A stretch of DNA of 34,226 nt from a virus (IMGVR_UViG_3300008120_000416:1-34226), one strand, 5' to 3'. Positions 14,674-24,951 are shown, counted from the first letter of the stretch. Translations and numbers: made by a program. Notes: generated from the letters alone by a model not told the origin.

Positions 14674-14852
14674 TGTATTTAGAGCGTCAAGGCGTTAATT
14701 TAGCCCCTAAAGTAAAAGAACTTGAATTAAGAATCGAAATGTTGGAAAATGTCATTAAGGAGTTAAAATCGGACAAACCCCGAATGGGTCGCCCTCCAAA
14801 GGACAAAAATGCAACAGAACGAACTGAAGTCAATCCTACAGGCAGAGATTGA
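14673..14852 (+). CDS. Small coiled-coil protein with AT-hook-like GRPPK
   Basis: TGATG coupling to terL; VKELELRIEMLENVIKELK...PRMGRPPK. Confidence 0.6.
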   Translation: MYLERQGVNLAPKVKELELRIEMLENVIKELKSDKPRMGRPPKDKNATERTEVNPTGRD

Positions 14853-16941
14853 TGATGCTATTGGGTACATTGAAACAGAAACTGTTGACCAGCGCAAACA
14901 GGCTCTACAGGCGTATCTACGACAGCCATATGGCAATGAGGTTGAGGGTAAATCTCAGATTGTTACTGGAGAAGTAGCAGAAGCTATTGATGGTGCGCTA
15001 CCTAGCTTAGTTCGTATTTTCACAGGTTCAGATAATATTGTTATCTTTGAGCCACAAGGGCCTCAAGACGAAGCATCTGCAAAACAGGCCACAGACTATT
15101 GCAATTGGGTATTCTTGCGTGACAACGAAGGCGTAGCCATTCTGCATGACTGGTTCAAAGATGCTTTGATGCAGAAGAACGGCATCGTTAAAGCATATTG
15201 GGAAAACAAAGAAGACATTACAAAAGAGCGTTACTATGACTTGTCAGATGACGAGTTAGCAATGCTGATGAGTGATGAGAGCATGGAAATTGTCGAGCAA
15301 GATACGACAGAGTTTCCAATCTATGACCCAATGGGACAGCCAGTCCTTGACCCAACTGGTATGCCAGCAATGGGTGCAACGCACAATGTCATCGTTCAAA
15401 AGCGTAAGAAGTCAGGCAAAGTAACGATTGAGAATGTTCCTCCAGAGGAGTTCTTGATTAGCAAGAAGGCTCGCACTATTGCTGATTCTCCATTCGTAGC
15501 CCATCGTCAGATGTTGACTCGTAGTGACTTGGTTGCTATGGGTTTCAACAAGAAGCAAGTTGAAGGCTTGCAGATGGATGATGCACTAGCGTACACACCA
15601 GAGCGTGTTGTGCGTTTCTCTGCTGGTGAGCAGCCTTACCAAGTACAGACTGATGACCCATCAATGCAAGAGATTGAGGTCTTTGAGTGCTATGTCAAAA
15701 CTGATATGAATGGCAAAGGCATTGCTACTCTGACTCAGGTTTTCTACGCTTCAAACGAGATTCTCCAAGATGTAGATGGTAAGGAAGCTGTTGAGGAAGT
15801 GGACTATGTTCCTTTCCATTCAATCTGCCCTATCCCAATCCCACACAAGTTCTTTGGCGACTCACTTGCTGACAGAACAACAGACTTGCAACTGATTAAG
15901 ACTACTATCACTCGTCAGATGTTGGATAACTTATATCTGACAAACAACGCACGAGTGGTTGCTGTTGAAGGTCAGGTAAACCTTGATGACTTGCTTACAT
16001 CTACCGCAGGTGGTGTGATTCGTGCCAAGTCACCTAATGCTGTTCAACAGTTGGTTGTGCAGAACGTAGCATCTCAGGCTTTCCCAATGCTTCAGTACTT
16101 GGATACAGTCCAGTCTAAGCGTACTGGTGTGTCTGATGCTACACAAGGTCTTGACCCATCTATCTTGCAGAATGTGACAGCAGCAGCCGTAGCTTCAATG
16201 CAACAAGCTGGCGCAGGTAAGATTGAATTGATGGCTCGAATCTTTGCAGAGACTGGTGTTAAGTCTTTGTTCCAAGGCATCTTGCATCTGCTTTGCAAAT
16301 ACCAAGACAAGCCTCGTTTGGTGCGTATGCGTGGCGAATTCGTAGAGTTTGACCCTCGTACATGGGCTAATCAATACGATGTGGCTATCAATGTAGGTTT
16401 GGGTGCTGGTAACCGCCAAGAGCAGATGGCTATGTTGTCAATGGTTTTGGCTAAACAAGAGCAGTTGATTGCTCAGTACGGCCCTGCCAATCCCTATGTT
16501 TCCCCTGCTCAATATCGTTCTACCTTGGGACGCATGGTTGAGATTGCTGGCTTTAAGGATTCTGCTGAGTTCTACAAGCCAATCACTCCAGAGCAAGACC
16601 AGATGCTCTCGAATCCTCCTCCACAGCCACAACAAATGCCTCCAGAAGTGCAAGCAATCATGGCTCGCACTCAGGCTGAGATTCAAGCTAACCAAGCTAA
16701 AGCACAAGCTGACATTCAGTTGAAACAACAGCAACAACAGATTGACATGGAGATGGCACAACAGAAGGCTGCTCTTGAGATGCAATTGATGCGTGAGAAA
16801 GAAGCTGCTAAGTTGATGCTTGAGCGTGAGAAACAACAGGCTTACTTTGCTATGAAGCAACAAGAGTTTGAAGCAGAAGCACAATTGAAAGCTATGAAAA
16901 TTGGTGCTGGCATTACATCTAACGTAGAGATTAAGGGTTAA
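14809..16941 (+). CDS. Portal protein with long C-terminal coiled coil (P22-like)
   Basis: 710 aa after terL; DALMQKNGIVKAYW; Gln-rich helical tail. Confidence 0.92.
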   Translation: MQQNELKSILQAEIDDAIGYIETETVDQRKQALQAYLRQPYGNEVEGKSQIVTGEVAEAIDGALPSLVRIFTGSDNIVIFEPQGPQDEASAKQATDYCNWVFLRDNEGVAILHDWFKDALMQKNGIVKAYWENKEDITKERYYDLSDDELAMLMSDESMEIVEQDTTEFPIYDPMGQPVLDPTGMPAMGATHNVIVQKRKKSGKVTIENVPPEEFLISKKARTIADSPFVAHRQMLTRSDLVAMGFNKKQVEGLQMDDALAYTPERVVRFSAGEQPYQVQTDDPSMQEIEVFECYVKTDMNGKGIATLTQVFYASNEILQDVDGKEAVEEVDYVPFHSICPIPIPHKFFGDSLADRTTDLQLIKTTITRQMLDNLYLTNNARVVAVEGQVNLDDLLTSTAGGVIRAKSPNAVQQLVVQNVASQAFPMLQYLDTVQSKRTGVSDATQGLDPSILQNVTAAAVASMQQAGAGKIELMARIFAETGVKSLFQGILHLLCKYQDKPRLVRMRGEFVEFDPRTWANQYDVAINVGLGAGNRQEQMAMLSMVLAKQEQLIAQYGPANPYVSPAQYRSTLGRMVEIAGFKDSAEFYKPITPEQDQMLSNPPPQPQQMPPEVQAIMARTQAEIQANQAKAQADIQLKQQQQQIDMEMAQQKAALEMQLMREKEAAKLMLEREKQQAYFAMKQQEFEAEAQLKAMKIGAGITSNVEIKG

Positions 16942-16943
16942 TC

Positions 16944-17915
16944 ATGGCTTATACACAAGCACAACTGACAGATGCTTTAGTAAACCTGCTAAAGACTGAC
17001 CCCAACGCTGCTTATAACGATATTGTTAAAGCAGCCTCTACTTATGGCATTACGCCAGAGCAAGTGCAAGCTACTTTTGGTACATTGCCAGCAGGTAACG
17101 ATAGAACTGCTGTTCCTCAGTACACTCAGGCGCAAACAACAAACATCAATAATGCTATTAACTCGTCAGACCCTGTTGCACAAGCATGGGGTAGAGCAGA
17201 GCAGACTGGTGACTATGGCGATATTGCTAATTTAATTAAAAATATCCCTGCACCTACATTGCTGTCTAAGTATGGTCTGACTAACCAAGATATTAGCTAC
17301 ATTTACTCTCGTCCTACTGTCACAGACCCATTGTCAACAGCATGGATTAACGCAGAGAAAACAGGTAACTACACAGGCATTGCTGACTTGTTGAAAGGCA
17401 TTACTGCTGACCAATTGAAGTCAACCTATAACTTAGGTCAAAGCGATATTGACTACATTGCTTCTCGTGGTGGTATTGCAGGTAAGTTGCCAGCTAATTG
17501 GACTGGTATGCCTATCAAGCAAACTGGTACTACTCCCATTACTGGTACTCCTCCAACACAAACAGCAACTGTTGGTCAATTTCGTGAGTTGTTCCCATCG
17601 TTTGAAGAATCTAAGCGTTTAGCAGGTCAGATGGTTGCAAACAGACCTACTACTGAGCAAGTAGTAAATATGATTGCTAAACCACAAAACCCTAACCTTA
17701 TTTCTGCTTGGCAAAATGCAGAACAATCAGGCAACTATGGTGATGTAGCTAACATGATTAAAGGTGTGCCAATGGGTACTTTGCAAAGCACCTATGGCTT
17801 GTCTAATGCTGATATGCAATACATTATGAGCAGACCAGAAATTGCGTCTTCATTACAAAATACGACAACTGCTGCGCCATCGTTGAACAATGTGTTGAGC
17901 ATGATTTCTAAGTGA
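16944..17915 (+). CDS. Hypothetical protein with three ~50-aa helical repeats
   Basis: Repeat consensus AWxxAExxGxYxxIAxxIK...TYGLxxxDIxYIxSR. Confidence 0.85.
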   Translation: MAYTQAQLTDALVNLLKTDPNAAYNDIVKAASTYGITPEQVQATFGTLPAGNDRTAVPQYTQAQTTNINNAINSSDPVAQAWGRAEQTGDYGDIANLIKNIPAPTLLSKYGLTNQDISYIYSRPTVTDPLSTAWINAEKTGNYTGIADLLKGITADQLKSTYNLGQSDIDYIASRGGIAGKLPANWTGMPIKQTGTTPITGTPPTQTATVGQFRELFPSFEESKRLAGQMVANRPTTEQVVNMIAKPQNPNLISAWQNAEQSGNYGDVANMIKGVPMGTLQSTYGLSNADMQYIMSRPEIASSLQNTTTAAPSLNNVLSMISK

Positions 17916-17922
17916 TAAAACC

Positions 17923-18966
17923 ATGAACTACGAACAACTGCGTGGGATTGTTGGTGGAGATAATCCACAGAGTGCGTCTTATCAAGACATTATTTCTGCT
18001 GTTCAAAGTCAATACACACCACAAACGCAGTTTGCACCATCAAGGTCATTGCTAGATTCCATTGGTGCGTTAGTTCCTGACCAACCAAGAATTGCCTATG
18101 GCTCATTGCTACAAGCACAGCCTAGAACATTGCCTACACCCATGAAGGCAGTAGCACCTAATGGTATGGCTAGTGTTGACTCTGGTGTTATCAAGACAGG
18201 CGCAGAAACAGCCAACACAGGTTTAGGTGGTGGCAGAGACTTGTCTGGTACGCTTATCTATAACAACGACTTCACAAATACTGGAACAGGTGGTTTGTCA
18301 GGAGTTGCAGGTGGTGGTAGCAATGTTGCTGCTACTGGTGCTGTGATGAGTGGTTTAGGTATATTGGCAGGTAACTCAGATTTAGCTAAAGTTGGTGGAT
18401 TGACAAACATTGCTGGTCAACTGCTTAACGCTAATAGCACAGAGGATGTATTAACTACTCTTGGCAATGTAGCAATTGGATTAAGTGGTAACGCTGGTAC
18501 TGTTGGTAGCGTAGTAGGTGGATTGACTGACAACACATCATTGTTGGCTAATAGCCTCTTGTCATTGACTAGCCCACAACTGTCTGCATTGAATACGATT
18601 TCTAATGCTCTTACAGGTTACAGCTTTGGTGATGTTGTTAATGGTTTAGTTAACACCCCAGAGGGAACAGTTGACCAATATGGTTTGTTAGGTGCTGCTA
18701 ACATAGCAAGAACTGACGATGCAAGCCGTAAAGCTGCTGGTGCTGCTTATGACAATTTGGCTGCCAATGATTTGCGAGTTTTAGCTGAACTTGGTGACAA
18801 AGAAGCTGTGGCTACTTTGGCTAATAGGGCTAGTGGCTCTACATACAATCCAATTACAGACCTTGGTACAGCAAGTGGTGCTAGTTACTGGAATCTGTTT
18901 ACACCTGTTGGTGGAAATGCAGCTAAGATTATTCAAAGAGAAACAGCAGGGACAAGCCTCATATGA
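17923..18966 (+). CDS. Gly/Leu/Asn-rich hypothetical protein, possible internal virion or membrane-interacting protein
   Basis: 347-aa ORF with glycine-zipper-like stretches. Confidence 0.8.
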   Translation: MNYEQLRGIVGGDNPQSASYQDIISAVQSQYTPQTQFAPSRSLLDSIGALVPDQPRIAYGSLLQAQPRTLPTPMKAVAPNGMASVDSGVIKTGAETANTGLGGGRDLSGTLIYNNDFTNTGTGGLSGVAGGGSNVAATGAVMSGLGILAGNSDLAKVGGLTNIAGQLLNANSTEDVLTTLGNVAIGLSGNAGTVGSVVGGLTDNTSLLANSLLSLTSPQLSALNTISNALTGYSFGDVVNGLVNTPEGTVDQYGLLGAANIARTDDASRKAAGAAYDNLAANDLRVLAELGDKEAVATLANRASGSTYNPITDLGTASGASYWNLFTPVGGNAAKIIQRETAGTSLI

Positions 18967-19205
18967 CAGATAAAGCACTTTTGGCTCAATGGGCTAAAAA
19001 CTTACTGAATGATGACTTTTTCAAAGAAGTATTAGATAATTTGAAAAAAGAGCAGATTAGTGTAATAATTAACACAAGTGCTGAAGAATCTGATAGGCGT
19101 GAAGACGCTTACAGGCACATTAAGACTTTAGAACTAATTACAGGACACCTTGAAGGTTTAGCCTCGGAAACTGTGATTAGAGAGAAGAAATGGAAAATTC
19201 TGTAA
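18963..19205 (+). CDS. Small head-region protein
   Basis: 80 aa just upstream of scaffold; AKNLLNDDFF...REDAY. Confidence 0.8.
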   Translation: MTDKALLAQWAKNLLNDDFFKEVLDNLKKEQISVIINTSAEESDRREDAYRHIKTLELITGHLEGLASETVIREKKWKIL

Positions 19206-19257
19206 GGGAAACCTTACCCTCCGACTAGAAGGTGTCTAGCGATTTTTGAGATGACAA

Positions 19258-20190
19258 ATGGAAAACACCAACCCACAAGGGAGTGAAAGCCTAAATGTAA
19301 ACCAAGCCGCTTCAGCGTTTGAGGGACTGATGGGTGATTCTGACGAAGCTGAAAACAGCCAATCTGAGGAACATTCAGAAGAACTACAAGCGTCTGATGA
19401 AGTTGAGTATTCTGAGGAGGAATCCGAAGAAGAACAGCCAAAGCCTAGATATAAAGTCAAGGCATCTGGTGAGGAAGTTGAGGTAGAACTTGACGAACTC
19501 ATCAAAGGTTATCAACAAGGTACTGATTACACTAAAAAATCTCAGGCTTTAGCTGAACAACGTAAAGCTGTAGAAGCAGAGCGTATTCACTTAGAGCAGG
19601 TGAAACAAGAACGACAGGCATATGCCCAGAAATTGCAAGCATTGGATAGCTTCCTTACGCAGCAAAATCAGGGTGTGGACTTAGATGTTCTAAAGGAAAC
19701 AGACCCTATCGGTTATGCGGTAGCGGTAGCTGAACAGAATCAGCGTGAGAAGCAGTTAGCAGTAGTAAGGCAAGAACAGCAACGCATTGCACAACAGCAA
19801 CAAGCCGAGCATCAAGCCTCTTTGCAAAACCATCTCCGACAAGAATCTGAGAAGCTAGTTGGTCTGATTCCTGAGTTGGCTACTCCGCAGGGCGATGCAA
19901 TCCGAAAGCAAATTCGAGATTATGCGAGGTCTGTAGGATGGACTGACCAAGAACTCAGTTCTGTTTATGACTCTCGTGCTGTGGTGAGTTTGTATAAAGC
20001 AATGAAGTATGAGCAACTTCAAAAGAGCAAGCCCGAAGTAACCAAGAAACTTCAAGCTGCCCCTAAGATGATGCGTTCTGGGACTTCTGCGCCTCCTACA
20101 AAATCGTCACAAGATAAACAGGTTATGCAAAGGTTGCGTGAAACTGGCAAAGTCCAAGACGCTGCTAAAGCATTTGAACGATTCTTTTAA
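19258..20190 (+). CDS. Capsid scaffolding protein
   Basis: Acidic N-terminus, VKASGEEVEVELDELIKGYQQGTDYTKKSQ, coiled coil, precedes capsid gene. Confidence 0.9.
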   Translation: MENTNPQGSESLNVNQAASAFEGLMGDSDEAENSQSEEHSEELQASDEVEYSEEESEEEQPKPRYKVKASGEEVEVELDELIKGYQQGTDYTKKSQALAEQRKAVEAERIHLEQVKQERQAYAQKLQALDSFLTQQNQGVDLDVLKETDPIGYAVAVAEQNQREKQLAVVRQEQQRIAQQQQAEHQASLQNHLRQESEKLVGLIPELATPQGDAIRKQIRDYARSVGWTDQELSSVYDSRAVVSLYKAMKYEQLQKSKPEVTKKLQAAPKMMRSGTSAPPTKSSQDKQVMQRLRETGKVQDAAKAFERFF

Positions 20191-20205
20191 TTTTGGAGTT
20201 TTAAA

Positions 20206-21156
20206 ATGGCTACATATCAAACATATACCGCTATCGGTATGCGTGAAGACCTTTCTGATGTAATCTATAACATCAGCCCCACAGACACACCTTTCATGTC
20301 TTCCATTGGCAAGACAAAGGCAACTGCTGTTTACCACGAATGGCAAACAGATAGCCTTTCCGCAAGCGTTTTGACGAACTACGCAGTCGAGGGTGCAACG
20401 GCATCTGACGCAACTATGTCTCCAACAACTCGTGTTGGTAACCGCACTCAGATTGCTCAGAAAACTGTCAAGATTTCTGGCACTTTGCAGAGCGTGGACA
20501 AGGCAGGCCGTAAATCTGAAAAAGCCTATCAACTGGCTAAAGCATCGGCCGAAATTAAGCGTGACATGGAAACATCATTGTTGAGCAACCAAGTTGCTGC
20601 CAATGGTGACTCCACTACTGCTCGTAAATTGGGCGGTCTGCAAGCATGGTTGAACAGCAACTATGATGGCGGTACTGATGGTGTTGCTGGTGATTTGGGT
20701 ACTACTGCTCGTACCAATGGTACTAACCGCACTTTCACAGAGACAATCTTAAAGACTGTTATCAAAGAAGTGTACGCTTCTGGTGGCAATCCTAAAGTGT
20801 TGATGGTCAACCCTGCACACAAGCAATTGGTTTCAGCTTTTGCTGGTATCGCTGCACAGCGTTTCATGGCCCCATCAAACAGCCCTACCACAATCGTGGC
20901 CGCGGCCGATGTTTATATGAGCGACTTCGGTACAATTTCTGTTGTTCCCAACCGCTTTATGACTTCTACCAACTCATGCGATGAGACAGCGTTTATCGTT
21001 GACCCAGACATGGCTGCTGTTGCTTACTTGCGTCCTTTCCAGACCAATGAGTTGGCTGTGACTGGCGACAATGAAAGCACACAGTTGCTGTGCGAGTACA
21101 CCTTGGAAGTTAAAAACCAAGCTGCACACGGCATCATTGCTGACTTGACACCTTAA
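20206..21156 (+). CDS. Major capsid protein (DUF5309/SU10-like)
   Basis: REDLSDVIYNISPTDTPF, HEWQTD, EIKRDME, EYTLEV; GGAG SD; terminator follows. Confidence 0.93.
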   Translation: MATYQTYTAIGMREDLSDVIYNISPTDTPFMSSIGKTKATAVYHEWQTDSLSASVLTNYAVEGATASDATMSPTTRVGNRTQIAQKTVKISGTLQSVDKAGRKSEKAYQLAKASAEIKRDMETSLLSNQVAANGDSTTARKLGGLQAWLNSNYDGGTDGVAGDLGTTARTNGTNRTFTETILKTVIKEVYASGGNPKVLMVNPAHKQLVSAFAGIAAQRFMAPSNSPTTIVAAADVYMSDFGTISVVPNRFMTSTNSCDETAFIVDPDMAAVAYLRPFQTNELAVTGDNESTQLLCEYTLEVKNQAAHGIIADLTP

Positions 21157-21170
21157 TCTAAGGTAACCCC

Positions 21171-21211
21171 GAAAAATGCCTCAGACTTAACCCTCTGGGG
21201 CATTTTCTTTT
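21171..21211 (+). terminator. Intrinsic, possibly bidirectional, terminator after capsid gene
   Basis: AAAATGCCTCAGA-loop-TCTGGGGCATTTT plus T run. Confidence 0.88.
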
Positions 21212-21236
21212 CTACTCAAACTGATAGAATTGGAAT

Positions 21237-21542
21237 ATGGAAAAGATTAGAGAAACTGCTGTTCATGCCGATGGTGAAGGTGGCATCATCATTCAAACTC
21301 GTCAAGACGTTTCTGCCATTGTTGAGCAGAATAAAAAGGAATATAACTCCTTTGATGAGCGAGCAAGATGGTCTGACAATTTGTTCGGCAATAAGGTTGC
21401 GTCTATTCCATTAACTGTTATTGATGACCTTAACAAACAAGGCATCATGCGTGGTTATGCCGTTCTTGATGATAAGCGTTTTGCTGCTTTTCTAAATGAC
21501 CCAATGAATCGTGCATGGCGCACTAGGACAGGAGTGGTATGA
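21237..21542 (+). CDS. Hypothetical virion-region protein, probably leaderless
   Basis: TG-A-TAGAAT (21222-21230) lies 6 nt before ATG. Confidence 0.8.
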   Translation: MEKIRETAVHADGEGGIIIQTRQDVSAIVEQNKKEYNSFDERARWSDNLFGNKVASIPLTVIDDLNKQGIMRGYAVLDDKRFAAFLNDPMNRAWRTRTGVV

Positions 21543-22159
21543 GTTTCGCAACTTACTCTGATTTACAGACTTCAATAGCCAACTATTTGGCTCGGTCTGA
21601 CTTGACAAGCCAGATTCCAGATTTCATTACATTTGCTGAGAATCGACTGCGTAGAGAACTGCGTATTCGTCAGATGCTCAAGTCTGTCACAACAGCAACT
21701 GTAAGTGGTGACAATACTGTTGAATTGCCTAGCGACTTCTTGCAGGTGCGTGATTTTGTTGTGATGACAAATCCAATTCAACCACTTAGCTACTCTAGCC
21801 CATCTGCATTGTCTAATGACCCAAGAGCATCAGAAGTTGGTGTTCCAATGTCTTACACAATCCTTGCTAGTGAGTTTCAAGTGTCACCTGCACCTGATGG
21901 TGTTTACACAGTAAAACTCTTGTACTTTGCTGCGCCAGCATATTTGTCTAGCAGTAATACATCTAATGTATTCTTAACAAAAGCACCAGATGCTTTGCTC
22001 TATGCTTCTTTGATTGAAGCAGAGCCTTACCTTATGAATGATGCTCGCATTAACACATGGGGAACTATGTACGACAGAGCAATCTCCTCACTCACCAAGT
22101 CTGACGAAGAAGGTCAATACTCTGGTGTTCCTCTGGCAATGAAATTAACTCCAAGGTGA
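21539..22159 (+). CDS. Head-tail adaptor protein
   Basis: TYSDLQTSIANYLARSDL...FITFAENRL; PDALLYASL; position. Confidence 0.8.
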   Translation: MSFATYSDLQTSIANYLARSDLTSQIPDFITFAENRLRRELRIRQMLKSVTTATVSGDNTVELPSDFLQVRDFVVMTNPIQPLSYSSPSALSNDPRASEVGVPMSYTILASEFQVSPAPDGVYTVKLLYFAAPAYLSSSNTSNVFLTKAPDALLYASLIEAEPYLMNDARINTWGTMYDRAISSLTKSDEEGQYSGVPLAMKLTPR

Positions 22160-22163
22160 AACT

Positions 22164-22550
22164 ATGGCTGAAATGTCAAACTACCTAGAAAATGCTTTGA
22201 TTAACGCTACATTGCGTAATACAAGCTACACATCTCCAACAACTGTTTATGTAGGCTTGTACACATCAGACCCTACAGATGGAAACTCAGGTTCTGAAAT
22301 ATCTGGTGGTTCTTATGCTCGTACAGCAGTTACTTTTGGTGCGCCTAGCAATGGTGTATCAACCAACTCTGCTGCTGTAGAGTTCCCACAAGCTACAGGT
22401 TCTTGGGGTACTGTTGCTTACATTGGTCTTTTGGATGCTTCTACATCTGGAAACCTTTTGTATCACACAGCCTTGGATGCGTCTAAAACTATTGCTTCTG
22501 GTGATGTGTTTCGTATTGCCACAGGCTCTCTGTCAGTAACATTGGCATGA
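22164..22550 (+). CDS. Tail-associated structural protein
   Basis: MSNYLENAL...YVGLYTSDP...EISGGSYAR...GNLLY pattern common in phage tail modules. Confidence 0.75.
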   Translation: MAEMSNYLENALINATLRNTSYTSPTTVYVGLYTSDPTDGNSGSEISGGSYARTAVTFGAPSNGVSTNSAAVEFPQATGSWGTVAYIGLLDASTSGNLLYHTALDASKTIASGDVFRIATGSLSVTLA

Positions 22551-23530
22551 CAACTGTTGACTTAACGCTTGAGCAACTTGACCAATTTGGGTCATTGGAT
22601 AGCCTTGCGTTAAGTTTAGATTCTCCTGATTGGAACTCTACTACTCAGAAGAATGTGACAGGGCCGTGGTCAATAGATGGGCTAGACGCATTTAACAACT
22701 TAGATGCTCTACCTGCAAGCCTTGACTCATCAGTTTGGGACACAGCAACTCTATGGGATGGTGTAGCAGATGTAAGTGCTACAGCTACTGTAACTGCTGA
22801 TGGCGAAAAGATACTTGGTGCTATTGCCAACATTGAGGCTAGTGCAACAGTAACTGCTAACGCTTCTGTTGCTTATGACTTTAGTGCAAGCATAACTGCA
22901 AGTGCAACAGTAACAGCAGATGGTCAGCGAATCCAATTGGGTTCAGCTTCTATTTCTGCTGATGCAACAGTTACTGCTGATGCAACTCGCATAGCTGGTG
23001 GTTCTGCTGAGATTACTTGTTTTGCTACAGTTACTGCAATTGGTAGCAAAGTAAATAGTGCTAGTGCTGAGATAACTGCTGACGCTACTGTTTCTGCATC
23101 TGCTCAGATTGTCCAAGGTGGTAGCGCAAGCATTACAGCTAGTGCTGATGTAACAGCTAGTGGACAGAGAATCCAGTTAGGGATTGCGTCCATTGATGCT
23201 AACGCAACATTTACCGCCAATGGTGGTTTGATTGCAGAAGGTGTCGCAAGTGTTGTTGGTAGTGCTGATGTGACTGCTAATGCTTCTGCTATTTATGCAG
23301 GTGTGGCACAGGTAAATGGCACAGCAACTATCACGGCTAATGGCGTAATTCTTGGTGATAATTGGACACCTGTTTCTGGTGACACAAATACTTGGACACC
23401 AGTAAGTGCAGACTCAAATACTTGGACAGTTGTTTCTGTTGACTCAAATACATGGACTCCAGTATCTGCTAATGACAATACATGGACTACTCAGTCTGAA
23501 GGAAGTAACACATGGCTACGACAAGGGTAA
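22547..23530 (+). CDS. Repetitive fibre-like protein
   Basis: ~19-aa ASITASATVTADG repeats; C-terminal 10-aa NTWTPVSxDS repeats. Confidence 0.8.
   Translation: MTTVDLTLEQLDQFGSLDSLALSLDSPDWNSTTQKNVTGPWSIDGLDAFNNLDALPASLDSSVWDTATLWDGVADVSATATVTADGEKILGAIANIEASATVTANASVAYDFSASITASATVTADGQRIQLGSASISADATVTADATRIAGGSAEITCFATVTAIGSKVNSASAEITADATVSASAQIVQGGSASITASADVTASGQRIQLGIASIDANATFTANGGLIAEGVASVVGSADVTANASAIYAGVAQVNGTATITANGVILGDNWTPVSGDTNTWTPVSADSNTWTVVSVDSNTWTPVSANDNTWTTQSEGSNTWLRQG
23357..23520 (+). repeat. Coding tandem repeat with 30-nt period, about 5.5 units
   Basis: AATAC(T/A)TGGAC core recurring every 30 nt in frame. Confidence 0.85.
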
Positions 23531-24951
23531 CATTTGGCGAATGGATGCCTGACCAATCAGGTATTTCTGGCGCATTGACAGACGCTAAGAATGTGGTGTC
23601 TCAAGCTATCGGTTATGGCCCATTTCCTACGCCTGTAGTTTTATCAAGCGCAGCAGCAGAGAATCTAAGTTCTCTCTACGCTGCCAAGTCTCCTGATGGC
23701 AACACAACATTGTTTGCTGCTGGTCTGACAAAGATTTACACAGTTGGTGGTGCAGGAACTTTGACGCTGGTTAACTCTGGCTACACAACAAACCCATATC
23801 AGCGCATGAGGTTCACTCAGTTTGGCAATGTTGTTATTAGCACAAACAATCAAGAGAAACTGCAATCGTGGACATTGGGAACTTCTAGCACTTTTACAGA
23901 CTTAGCTGCTAATGCACCTATTGCGAAGTACATCACAGTAGTTCGTGATTTTGTGGTTGTGGCTAATACTTATGAGAGTGGCGAACAACAGCAATATCGA
24001 GTTCGCTGGTCTGCCATCAATGATGAAACAGACTGGACAGAGGATGTGAACACACAATCTGATTATCAGGACATTCCTGATGGTGGTCAGATTATGGGAA
24101 TTCGTGGTGGTGAGTTTGGTTTAGTTCTGCTTGAGCGTTCTATTCACCGAATGACTTATGTTGGTACGCCATTTATATTCCAGTTTGACAATATCTCTCG
24201 TAATAAGGGATGTATGGCTGCTGGCTCTATTGCTCAGTACCAAGGCATTACATTCTTCTTGTCAGACGATGGTTTCTATATGTGTGATGGACAGAACGTC
24301 ATACCAATCGGTGCTGAGAAGGTTGACCGATTCTTCTTAGCTGACGCTTTAGAGACTGATTACGAATCAATGTCTGCTGCTATTGACCCTGTTCGTAAGC
24401 TAGTTATCTGGAACTATCGTTCTGTAGATGCTGTTCGTAAACTGATGATTTACAACTTCCAAACTAAGAAGTGGACTTATGGCGATGCCAACACAGACTA
24501 TCTTGGTGAAGCATCATCTGGTGCTTTGACATTGGAAGAATTGGACGATATTTCAGAAAGCATTGACGCATTGGAGAACAGTTTAGATTCTCTCTTGTAT
24601 GTTGGTGGTAAGTACTTCCTTGGTGGAACGCTTGGAACTAGGGTGTATTCGTTTACTGGTGCTAGTCAAACAGGCACTATCTCAACAGCAGATATTGATA
24701 TTGGTGCTAACTCAGTAGTAACCTTAGCTAGACCTATTGTTGACAATGGCTCTGGTTCTATTGCTGTTTCATCAAGGACTTTGTTAAACCAATCTGTTAA
24801 CTATGGAACATCTACTGCTGCTGACTCAGAGAACAGGGTTTCTTTGCGTAGTGCTGGTAGATACCATAGGCTGAAGCTGACACCGACTGGTGCTGCTTGG
24901 AAGACTGCTGTAGCTGTGGATGTGGACATTACGCCACAGGGAGTTCGCTGA
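23512..24951 (+). CDS. Tail nozzle / stabilisation protein (P22 gp10-like)
   Basis: 479-aa beta-rich protein; VRWSAIND, FFLSDDGFY; position. Confidence 0.78.
   Translation: MATTRVTFGEWMPDQSGISGALTDAKNVVSQAIGYGPFPTPVVLSSAAAENLSSLYAAKSPDGNTTLFAAGLTKIYTVGGAGTLTLVNSGYTTNPYQRMRFTQFGNVVISTNNQEKLQSWTLGTSSTFTDLAANAPIAKYITVVRDFVVVANTYESGEQQQYRVRWSAINDETDWTEDVNTQSDYQDIPDGGQIMGIRGGEFGLVLLERSIHRMTYVGTPFIFQFDNISRNKGCMAAGSIAQYQGITFFLSDDGFYMCDGQNVIPIGAEKVDRFFLADALETDYESMSAAIDPVRKLVIWNYRSVDAVRKLMIYNFQTKKWTYGDANTDYLGEASSGALTLEELDDISESIDALENSLDSLLYVGGKYFLGGTLGTRVYSFTGASQTGTISTADIDIGANSVVTLARPIVDNGSGSIAVSSRTLLNQSVNYGTSTAADSENRVSLRSAGRYHRLKLTPTGAAWKTAVAVDVDITPQGVR

Noticed and set aside
23357-23520. Regularly spaced repeats resembling a mini CRISPR array
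   Set aside because: The 30-nt period is in frame with a 10-aa protein repeat, the variation is codon-like, and there are no cas genes.
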